Source: Verrucomicrobiota bacterium
Lineage (GTDB): Bacteria > Verrucomicrobiota > Verrucomicrobiia > Opitutales > Seribacteraceae
Reading direction: 5' to 3'
Length of the DNA stretch: 64,000 bases
Assembly (NCBI GenBank): GCA_027622665.1
Contig: JAQBYT010000013.1
Span: 32,555-96,554 of the forward strand
In this document: one piece after another, positions 38,688 through 47,603 of the stretch
Numbering within the stretch: the stretch's first letter is position 1
Layout: the number at the start of each line of letters is the position of its first letter
Program-made: the position numbers and the translations under genes
Notes under the pieces: generated by a model
The model's database searches: none
What the model was told of the DNA's origin: nothing
Seen by the model: only the letters and a program-made list of their open reading frames with translations

Positions 38688-40697
38688 TTAAGGTTTCAAT
38701 CGCCAGTTTTCATCAAAGAATCCTGCATTCGCAATGCGCCCTGGGCGTTGACTTCCGGGCTTTTCTCGAAGGTCTATGATCGCCCAGTCGGGAAGCATCG
38801 GAATTTGGCGAGCATTGTTGAGGTATGCGTACTCTCGGTAAGTGAATCCGCTGTTCAATACGACGTAGCGATCAGGGTTAAGGGGGTTTGGATAGATTAG
38901 GATGGGCGCGTGGTGAGACGCTTCGTAGGTTTGCTTGCCTACACGGACTGTCTTCTCATTCCAACGGATCGGTAGCTTGTCGGCTATTTTTGCTAGGGTG
39001 GAGTTGCTTCGAATATCTCCCCATAGTACAAGATTGTGTGAACTGACGTCCTCTGCAGTCAAATCTACGTCGTTCTTTACGCGGGCGTCCCCTCGAAACT
39101 GAATCTTCCAATGGTGAATGGCTCGTTTGAGCTCTGCGTCCACCCATTCCCCTGCCATCGGATTGATGGCCTTGCCTGTAGGCCGAACGAAAAGAAAGGC
39201 GTCGAGAAAAGCGTCGTCGATCGGTCCCTGCATGCCGTGTTTTTTGGAAAGACCGGCGACTTGGGGCGAATCCACTGCCAGCCATTTTTTTTTAAGCTTC
39301 CGGAAGTGCGCTGTCCAAGAACGGTCGCTTCGAACAGGCGGAAGCTTTACGATGTTTTGATCATCGATGGACACTCGCGGAAAGGCGAGGGGGCATTCGC
39401 CCGAAAGAAATTTCAAAGTGAAGGCTTTTACCCCTTTTGGCGCAACTTCGATTAGGTCACCTTTTATTTCGGCGACAAGGTCACTTCTTTGCCAGTGCTC
39501 GGACAGGGCGTCCATCTCGATCCATCGCATTTTGTTGTAGCGCAAGGTCGGGGTGGTGAAGAAAACTTTGCGCGGGATGCGTTCTCGGCCTCGTTCGGCT
39601 ATGGCTGTGATGCGACGCTCGATCTCTTCCTTGCTCACTTCGTCATAACGGTGTCCCATTCCTTTTCCGATGATATGAACGAGCTCCAGATTCTCCTCGG
39701 CCAAAGCTCTGGCCATGACGTCGGCTGCCTGCTTTTGGCGATCCATCTCGCCACTATACGCAACGGTCGGACAATGGACGAGGTTCAAGGCGTAATCGGT
39801 ACAATCGTACAGTCGCCAAAGCTTTCTCTCGTAATCGGTTGGCTTTAGGATTTCATTTTGGAAAAATTCGAGAAATTCTCTGGTTTCGGAAAATCCGGCC
39901 CCGGGAGCTGCAGCGCACCAAAGGTCAGCGTAGTGGACGGCAAACTGCCAACAGGCTGCCCCGCCCATTGAGAACCCTCTAGGAATAATCCGATCCTCGT
40001 CTATCCTGTAGTCCGCCCGGGCATGTTCGAGGGCTTCGAAAAGGTCGACTTCGCCCGCGAATTTATTGGCGCAGGAGTAACGTCCGTAAGGGTGTAGGAC
40101 TATAGCGTCATGGGGAGTGACGTGACCTCGCTGAGTCTTTCTCTGGGCTATGAATGAAAGCTCACTTAGGCGTTCCCCTCGACCATGAAACCAGAAGTCG
40201 AGACGATGTTTGCGGTTTCCCGAAAAATCGTAGCTTTCTGGAACTATGAGGCCGTACGGCTGAACGGAACCGTCGATTCGAGAACGATAACCTCGGACGA
40301 CCAACCCCTTTTGCCTTGTCCACGGAGCTTGACCCGCTCGAAGACTGGTCGCCCGGTCCATACCTTGAGCTAACTGTTTTTCAGCTTCTTCGAATTCTTG
40401 CTTTTTATAGAACTGCTTTCCCTCCAAAGTGTAGCGGACTGCTTTGGCGAAAACCTCGGCGTCAGGAAGCAGTCGGAGCATCTCGGGTTTCTTGGTGAGC
40501 GATTTTCTCGTTTTTTCGAGTTCAGATTCGAGGTGGGTCAAGCCCTTTTCAAGCTTTGTCCGGATTTCGGTGGTGACCTCTATGCCAATAGGCGGGATCG
40601 GGCGAACGTTCTCGGGGATATTGTCCTTTGGACCGTCGGCATGAAGCGTAACGCATGAGCAAGACAGGAGTAGAAGCAAGTGCAGTCTGGTAATCAT
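38688..40697 (-). CDS. Secreted alpha/beta-hydrolase (prolyl oligopeptidase/esterase-like)
   Basis: YRSRIDGSVQPY, WFHGRG, nucleophile GFSMGG, GMGH. Start taken at MITRLHL. Confidence 0.8.
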   Translation of the reverse strand: MITRLHLLLLLSCSCVTLHADGPKDNIPENVRPIPPIGIEVTTEIRTKLEKGLTHLESELEKTRKSLTKKPEMLRLLPDAEVFAKAVRYTLEGKQFYKKQEFEEAEKQLAQGMDRATSLRAGQAPWTRQKGLVVRGYRSRIDGSVQPYGLIVPESYDFSGNRKHRLDFWFHGRGERLSELSFIAQRKTQRGHVTPHDAIVLHPYGRYSCANKFAGEVDLFEALEHARADYRIDEDRIIPRGFSMGGAACWQFAVHYADLWCAAAPGAGFSETREFLEFFQNEILKPTDYERKLWRLYDCTDYALNLVHCPTVAYSGEMDRQKQAADVMARALAEENLELVHIIGKGMGHRYDEVSKEEIERRITAIAERGRERIPRKVFFTTPTLRYNKMRWIEMDALSEHWQRSDLVAEIKGDLIEVAPKGVKAFTLKFLSGECPLAFPRVSIDDQNIVKLPPVRSDRSWTAHFRKLKKKWLAVDSPQVAGLSKKHGMQGPIDDAFLDAFLFVRPTGKAINPMAGEWVDAELKRAIHHWKIQFRGDARVKNDVDLTAEDVSSHNLVLWGDIRSNSTLAKIADKLPIRWNEKTVRVGKQTYEASHHAPILIYPNPLNPDRYVVLNSGFTYREYAYLNNARQIPMLPDWAIIDLREKPGSQRPGRIANAGFFDENWRLKP

Positions 40698-40883
40698 CGC
40701 CCTTATGGTTCCGTTAGCAGGATCTTTGGGCAAGCTTGGAAACTGTGGAAACCTACTTTCGGCTAGGGAAGCTTTTATTTTCTTGAGTTCGCTGACAAAC
40801 GGGGCGTCCTGAAGAAACTTTATCCTTTTCTAGCCTTGTTTTATCTGGTCTCGGTAGGAAATGGGATCATAATTAGATAGACC

Positions 40884-42302
40884 ATGCTGAATGTTTTCGA
40901 TGAGAGCAATCCTCTGAGCCGAAGAAAGCTCCTCGGCATAGGAAGCTTGGGTTTAGGCGGCTTATCCTTGGCTTCCCTTCTTGGGGCCAAGCTCGGGGCC
41001 GTTGGTTCCGCAGGTAAACGCAATCCGCTCACCGGGAAATCCGTCATCTTTCTTTTTCAGCAAGGAGGGCCTAGTCAGTTCGAGACCTTTGACCCAAAGC
41101 CCGATGCTCCCGAGGGTATTCGTACCGTTACCGATGTCATTCCAACCTCCATCCCCGGGATTCATTTTGGTTCAGCCATGGAGCAATTGTCAAAGTTGGC
41201 CCATAAACTGGTCACGGTTCGTTCCTTTCGCACAAATAATAGCGGGCACAATATTCGGCCTATCGTTGGCCCCGAGTCGTTGGGTGCGAACATAGGTGTC
41301 CATTTTGCCCGGGTGGCGGGAACGACTCGTCCGGGTACGGGGATTCCGACCAACGCCATTCTCTACCCTACGTCCGTGACTCCGGGAGTGCCGGGCCCTT
41401 CCGCTCGAGGGAATCCGGCGGCGACAGGTCCGCATCCGCCAAGTTTCGCTCCCTTTGTTCCCGGGGGGAAGGGCAACCTTCAGGAAGACATGAAGCTAAG
41501 TCTTCCTCGTGAGCGTTTCTTGAATGGCCGAAAGTCCCTTCTTGTCAAACTCGATCAATTGAAGAGACGAGCGGACGAGGAGGCTGATTTCAAGGTTATC
41601 GATGATCTGCATACTCAAGCGTACGAGGTTCTGCTGGGAGGGGGAGTTTCCAAAGCTCTCGACCTTTCGCAAGAGGATTCACGGGTTGTTGCCGCTTACG
41701 ACACATCACATTTCCACGGAGGTAAACGATGGAACAAAGTCTCTCGTGGACGATCCGGTTACTACAACGCCCAAGCCGGTTCCATCGGTAAGTTGCTTCT
41801 CATGGCCCGCAGGTTGTGTGAGGCTGGTTGCGGATTCGTTACTATCCACGCCGGTTATGCCGGAGTCTGGGATATGCACGCTGATGGAAATAACTTAAAC
41901 ATCCGCGATGGTATGCAAGCTGTCGGTCGAAGCTTTGATCACGCTGTGGCGGCGTTTGTTCGGGATCTTGAAGCTCGGGGAATGCAGGACGAGATTATGC
42001 TCGTTTGCTGTGGAGAAATGGGTCGCACTCCCAGACTCAACAAAAACGGTGGGCGCGACCATTGGAGCAGATTGTCGCCGCTACTTCTTTATGGCGGTGG
42101 CATTGGCGGAGGCAAAACCATCGGGGAATCGGACAAGCATGGCGGGGAACCGGCTTCCTCACCTTATGATTCATCGAACCTCATTTCCTCGATATTACGA
42201 ACCGTTTTTGATCCGGGTATACTTCGACTTGACCCTAGTATTCCTGAAGAGATTAATCGCCTTGTCTCGGCTTCACCCATTGATGGACTTGGGCTAGGTT
42301 GA
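40884..42302 (+). CDS. DUF1501 domain protein, Tat-exported
   Basis: SRRKLLG leader, IFLFQQGGPSQFETFDPKP, WDMH, GEMGRTP, GGRDHW. Confidence 0.9.
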   Translation: MLNVFDESNPLSRRKLLGIGSLGLGGLSLASLLGAKLGAVGSAGKRNPLTGKSVIFLFQQGGPSQFETFDPKPDAPEGIRTVTDVIPTSIPGIHFGSAMEQLSKLAHKLVTVRSFRTNNSGHNIRPIVGPESLGANIGVHFARVAGTTRPGTGIPTNAILYPTSVTPGVPGPSARGNPAATGPHPPSFAPFVPGGKGNLQEDMKLSLPRERFLNGRKSLLVKLDQLKRRADEEADFKVIDDLHTQAYEVLLGGGVSKALDLSQEDSRVVAAYDTSHFHGGKRWNKVSRGRSGYYNAQAGSIGKLLLMARRLCEAGCGFVTIHAGYAGVWDMHADGNNLNIRDGMQAVGRSFDHAVAAFVRDLEARGMQDEIMLVCCGEMGRTPRLNKNGGRDHWSRLSPLLLYGGGIGGGKTIGESDKHGGEPASSPYDSSNLISSILRTVFDPGILRLDPSIPEEINRLVSASPIDGLGLG

Positions 42303-42350
42303 AGCCTTCCGGATGGTAAACTCCCTTTTCTTTAGTATTTGTTTCTTCCG

Positions 42351-43220
42351 ATGAGAGGTTTGACCACGCATTTCTTTCTCAACGCATTTGCTTGCCTTTG
42401 TTTGTCGGGCAATGGGAATGGCGAAAAGGCTAGCGACCATTGGGCTTTTCAAGCCGTTTCCGATCCCGAACCACCTCGGGTGAGGGATCAATCATGGATT
42501 CGAAACGGTATCGACTCCTTCATTTTGGCCAAACTCGAAAGCAAAGGCATTCCCACTCCCGATAGGGAGAGCAAGGCCATTCTCGAACGCAGACTTTCTT
42601 TCTCCTTGGTAGGTTTGCCACCATCCATGCTAGACCCCAAGGAGAGTTTTATCGAACAGGTCGAGGCATTATTGGCGTCTCCTCATTACGGAGAACGCTG
42701 GGGGCGTCATTGGCTGGATGTCGTGAGGTACGCTGATTCCAATGGGTTGGACGAAAACGCCGCTCATGCCAATGCTTGGCGATATCGTGATTACGTGGTC
42801 AGGTCCTTTAACGAGGACAAGCCTTTCGATCGCTTCATCACCGAGCAGGTGGCCGGCGACCTCCTCCCCGACAACGGTGATTTTTCGGTGCGTCGAAACA
42901 ATCTCGTGGCCACAGGTTTCCTTGCAGTCGGCCCGAAGTTATTGGCCGAGCCTGATCTTGTGAAGCTGGAAATGGACATGATAGACGAGCAAATCGACGT
43001 CCTTGGTCGGGCCATTCTGGGACTGGCTCTTGGATGCGCTCGTTGTCACGAACATAAGTTCGATCCGATTTCCACTGAGGAGTATTATGCGCTGGCAGGC
43101 ATTTTAAAAAGTACGCGAACCCTGGAGTCATTGAAACGACCTGCCAAATGGGTCGAAAACCTCCTTGCCAATTCCGATGAACAAAAGCTTTCCCAAAAGC
43201 ATCAGGATCTGGTTAAAGCG
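42351..43220 (+). pseudogene. DUF1549 (PSD1-type) protein, 3'-truncated (no DUF1553 half)
   Basis: HWAFQ, SPHYGERWGRHWLDVVRYADS, CARCHEHKFDP. Homology stops at ...HQDLVKA; the ORF then reads into unrelated AT-rich DNA to 43364. Confidence 0.75.
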
Positions 43221-43293
43221 GGGGGGGCACACTATTGTTGTAGTGTTGCATTTCTGTCGCAAGTCATTGATATAGTAATATTTACTAGGGTGT

Positions 43294-43321
43294 TTGACAG
43301 GCTTTTCCCGTTGGATATGTT
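43294..43321 (+). promoter_or_regulatory. Putative sigma70 promoter upstream of the integrase remnant
   Basis: TTGACA-N16-TATGTT. Confidence 0.35.
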
Positions 43322-43486
43322 CTTATCTAGTTATTCTATGCTTCGACCGTCTAATTCGGAGTAAATGCCAAGGGGAAGGTTTCCCCACAATGAAACCTAG
43401 GGCAGTAAATCCTATTTAGACAGAACGGCAAGGCAAGCCAAGTCCCGGAGAGTCCGGCAAAAAAGGACTCAGCACTACGTGGAAAA

Positions 43487-44243
43487 TTGCGGGGAGCTTG
43501 GGGCGAAAAGCTTGAGGTACGTCGAATGCCAGACGGGGAGCATCAGAGACATATCATACTCCGAGTGATGATTCGACGTCCTTGTCTGCTAGGGGAGCAT
43601 AAGAAAAAAGAGGAGTGCGGGGACGAGACGCTGCTTTCGCCGGTTCTGCCCCTATATCTGGAAGAATACGCACACCGAAACAAACCCATGCAGAAGGGGT
43701 TAGCTACCACTACCGATCGCGTGGATCGGTTCCTCCGGTTTTTCGGTCGGGATCGGTCCGTCTCCGACGTCACCGTAACCAATTTCAAGGATTATGTTCT
43801 TTCAGGGAAGTGGTCAGAAACTACCAGAAAACAGTATGGTGGAACTGTATCTATATTTATGGCATGGTGCGCCAAGCAGGGTTTCGGGCAGAACCCACTT
43901 GACTGGTATCATAACACGAATTCCGCATTAGCGTGGGAGAAGGGAAAAGTGTTCAGTAGGTTGCCGGGGATTAGCACACCTGAACAGACGAAGGCATTGC
44001 TCGTCTTTATGCCTTCGAAATTCAGGTCTGCTCTAGCGATCATGTTTTTCACCGGGATTCGCCCAGAACTGGAAATGCAGATGCTACGCTATTCGGATAT
44101 TAGGCACGGTAGAAACTATCCACCTTCGAACTGAGCGAAAGAAGACGGGCAGAGAGCGATGGATCAAGCCGCTTCTAAGCCCAACAAGCAAGCGAGGAGT
44201 GAGCGAGGGATGGGGATTCACCTTACAATTGAAAGGAGTTTGA
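43487..44243 (+). pseudogene. Tyrosine recombinase/phage integrase remnant
   Basis: Core-binding-like region (DRFLRFFG...SETTRKQY...FMAWC), box I AIMFFTGIRPELE. After a +1 shift at ~44111 it continues ETIHLRTERKKTGRERWIKP (catalytic-Lys hairpin). No intact HxxR/Y box II seen. Confidence 0.7.
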
Positions 44244-44542
44244 GTTTGTTCAAACTCATGCTGAAGCATTCGAATTCACCATTTTGGAGATTACAACAAT
44301 AAATCCAGCGCTCGTTAATATCGCAAATAAACTGGAATTAGGGAGGTTCCGGAAGTTTCTGCGTCTTGAGGTTATCCGATATCGTTTGTGCGCCATAAAC
44401 TTAGCGGCGGCGCATTACGCACCCCATTTTTTTCGTTTTCTCCAATGTGTTCGATTAAATAATTTGTTAAGCACAAGTTTCACCACCACTCCGGAAGGCG
44501 CGTCAGGAGATGAAATTTAATAATATTTGTTACTTCTTGAGT

Positions 44543-45103
44543 TTAGAGGCTAAACTTTTCTTTAATCATTCTTGCGGTTTTTTTTGCATCTACTTTTGTG
44601 TTGTCGATCTTTAAGTAACTTTTTCGTTTGAATTCACCTGGTTTTGAGTTCACGACAAAATTTTTATCGGTTAATAACAATTCAGTTTCCGAAGCATTTA
44701 AATCCTTCTTTGAAGGTTTATGTATTAACCTATGGCTCGACTTATTTCGTTTGAGCCTTTCATTTTGGTCAGCTTCAAGTTCCACATAATAGACACTTGC
44801 GTTCTCTTTCTCAAAAATTCTGACAATATTATTAACAAAATCATCGTCACGTTTTTGATCCAATTCCCACACATAGGTAAAAATTATTCCATTAGATTTA
44901 CTTTTAGCAACTTCTTCTAATAGTTGCGTTCGAAATGAATTTACAAGTTTTTTGAAGCTTGGTGAATCCATATCAAAAAAAGGCAATACTAATTCAATTG
45001 TCATATGATTGTGGAATAATTTCAACTCCGTTATTTTCTCCAACTCGTGTCCCACAGTCATTTTTCCAACTGCTAATGGACCAAATAAAATAATGAATTT
45101 CAT
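44543..45103 (-). CDS. P-loop kinase / AAA family ATPase (shikimate kinase-like)
   Basis: N-terminal Walker A GPLAVGKMT, LFHNH, ERLKRN; AT-rich codon usage. Confidence 0.8.
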   Translation of the reverse strand: MKFIILFGPLAVGKMTVGHELEKITELKLFHNHMTIELVLPFFDMDSPSFKKLVNSFRTQLLEEVAKSKSNGIIFTYVWELDQKRDDDFVNNIVRIFEKENASVYYVELEADQNERLKRNKSSHRLIHKPSKKDLNASETELLLTDKNFVVNSKPGEFKRKSYLKIDNTKVDAKKTARMIKEKFSL

Positions 45104-45147
45104 AATTGATTAAAACCTGTAAGATGATGAACGACATTTTTCTTTAT

Positions 45148-46086
45148 TCATTTTTGGAAACCGTCGTTAAATTTCTGATAATCTAGTTTACAAAATTGAA
45201 GTCCTCTTTGTAATGATCTTAGCAACCCTAGCAGTACCTGGCTTACGGCAAGAGTATAAGTAGAAAATGAAGTTGATTGAGCAGAAGTGCTAGTGATATG
45301 AGAAAAAAAAAGAATCTCACCAAGTCGATCATGCAACATTAAATAAAGGCCAATAGCTGGTGAGAATGGCGTTTGCCCTCTTCTTTGATTAGATAAATAT
45401 TCCTTAATATTAAAATAAAATGATTTACAATAAGTTTCACTTAATCTTTCTACGGCTCGAGGACTCAATGCTAGAAAAGATAATCCAGGCGGAAGAGCCA
45501 ATGCTTTTTGTGAACTCAACACTGCCACATCAACATGCCACTCATCCATTAAAAATTGATCCGCACAAACAGTACTAATAGCATCAACTATAAAAAACAC
45601 TCCGTGTTTGTGCGTTAACTCACCAATACTTTTGGTGTTATGAAGTAAACTTGTTGAGGTTTCATGGGCATTGATTAGTAAAGACGAATACTTGTTACAA
45701 GTCAGTTTTTGATTAATGTTTTCAAGAGAAGCCGACTGACCTGGCTTTAACTTTATCTGTTCATAAGGTATTTCGTATAACTCGCAGAGATCAACCCACC
45801 GTTGACCAAATGCCCCGCCGTTAATAATTAAGACTTTTTCATTTTTCTTTATTAACTGGGTGACTGTCGCTTCCATCGCACCTGTTCCTGAGGATGTGAA
45901 AATCACTACATCACCATTTGTTCTGAAAATGTATTTTAGTCCTTCAATAATCTCAAATGTAATTTGCGAAAATATATCCGTACGATTGTAAGGAAGTGGA
46001 GAACTAGCTATATTAAGAATTCGCTCTGACAATTTAGTAGGGCCAGGGGTGAAAATTCGATTTACCTCCACGACATTGTTATTCAT
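45148..46086 (-). pseudogene. Class V PLP aminotransferase (alanine-glyoxylate/serine-pyruvate type), probably 3'-truncated
   Basis: FTPGP, SSGTGAMEA, AHETST, VDAIS, SSQKALALPPG, GQTPFSP. The sequence after LHDRLGEI (poly-A at ~45303-45311) looks unrelated to the family's C-terminal domain. Confidence 0.65.
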
Positions 46087-46567
46087 GAGAACTTGTATTG
46101 AACTTTTTCCATTTAAATTGTATACTTTAAGTGCTGATCTTATTAGAACTTCTTATGTTCCTTTTTCTATGCAATATCGAATCATCATAAAAATGATATA
46201 AAAAAAGTAAGCTTTAAGGCATTTTAGTAATGCTGTGACTAAAGTTGAAAGTTTGCAAGATTTCTGGTCAGCTCAGGAATTGTACTTCTTTTGTACTTCA
46301 AGCGATAAAAAAAGTAGTCTTTTTGCTATTTCTAATCACTTTAGGCTAATCTATTTATAAAAACCATTAAATCAAATTAAGCCAGTTTGCTCCGCCTAAT
46401 GTATAGTGTCTTTATCCTATTCAATCGGTTTTGTCCCTAACGCTAGCCGAATAGTGCATGTGACATGTCGATTGTTTAAATTGTATTAAGAAAATCGACG
46501 ATTACTGGTTCGTGAACCGTCCCGTTACTGACTCCAATTTTCACATCGGCGATAATTGCCCTGCTTA

Positions 46568-47548
46568 GCCGTGCTCAAACTCCACACGGGGAGCGACAAC
46601 TTTGTCCGTCCGTCCATGGGTTCTTGGGTTTCCTACGGGTTGGGTACCGAGAACGATAACCTGCCTTCTTTTATCACCATCTGCCCGACTCTAGCCCATG
46701 GCGGTGTGCAAAATTGGAGTTCGGGCTTTCTTCCCGCCCATCACCAAGGAAGCTCAATCGGCAATGCCAGCATACCTTCCGGTGACGCCCGTGTCCGCCA
46801 TATCGCGAACGCCAAGTGGTCCGTTAATCAACAGCGACGACAAATCGATCTCATTCGCGAACTTAACGGTCGCCAACGGATAAACCTCAGCAGTCATCCT
46901 GAGCTCGATGATCGAATAAATTCCTTCGAACTTGCTTTCCGCATGCAGGACGCAATGCCCGAGGCACAGGATGTTTCAAGGGAATCCAAGGCAACTCAAA
47001 ACCTTTACGGGCTAAATGATCCCGCCACAGAGGACTTCGGTCGTCAGTGCCTCATGGCTCGAAGGTTTGCCGAACGTGGTGTTCGCTTTGTTCAAGTCAC
47101 GCATAGCGATAATAAAGTCCAATGGGATCAACATGGGAACTTGCGAAATGGACATAAAGAAAAGGCCGGAGAGGTCGATTTGCCTATCTCCGGACTACTA
47201 ACGGATCTAAAATCTCGAGGATTGCTTGACGACACTCTCGTAATTTGGGGTGGCGAGTTCGGACGCACACCCACCGTGCAGGGTGGCAAGATGGATGGTC
47301 GAGATCACAACCCTCACGGTTTTACCGTTTGGTTGGCCGGGGGCGGTGTCAAGGGAGGTTTTCGTTACGGCGCTACGGACGAGTATGGATACTATGCTAA
47401 GGAAAACCCCGTCCATCTTCACGACTTTCATGCGACGCTGCTGGCTCTTCTTGGTCTCGATCACGAACAGCTGACTTATCGGCATGCAGGTCGAGACTTT
47501 CGCTTGACCGACGTCTATGGTAAAGTCATCACCGATGTTTTTGCATAA
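46568..47548 (+). pseudogene. DUF1501 domain protein, 5'-truncated
   Basis: Begins at AVLKLHTG...RPSMGSWVSYGLG, which aligns with ~residue 158 of the intact paralog at 50002. Tat leader and GGPS motif are missing; GEFGRTP, GRDH and RDFRLTDV are present. Confidence 0.8.
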
Positions 47549-47603
47549 CCATGTCGATTCTTTACGCTCCCTATCCATCGAAGAAAACATTTTTTGAATT
47601 CCC

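Larger units (their letters stand above)
43218..46567. mobile_element. Foreign island remnant (mostly AT-rich) with a decayed tyrosine recombinase
   Basis: Abrupt compositional change (17/60 G+C in line 44521 vs 34/60 in line 47281); both flanking host genes truncated; integrase fragment near the left end. Confidence 0.7.

Noticed and set aside
43221..43364. C-terminal tail of the DUF1549 ORF as genuine coding sequence
   Set aside because: Read-through into foreign AT-rich DNA with no family motifs.
44385..44472. Integron attC site downstream of the P-loop kinase (minus strand GCTTAAC-AAATTATTTAATCGAAC...)
   Set aside because: The 5' half resembles an R''/L'' box, but I found no properly spaced complementary L'/GTTRRRY half. 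There is no cassette array, and the integrase remnant shows no IntI features. IntegronFinder would settle it.
44284..44520. 78-aa ORF within the island
   Set aside because: TTG start and no recognisable motif; probably noncoding or decayed sequence.
46513..46540. IS3-family terminal inverted repeat (TGAACCGTCCC...)
   Set aside because: Only a short resemblance; no partner repeat or transposase in the window.
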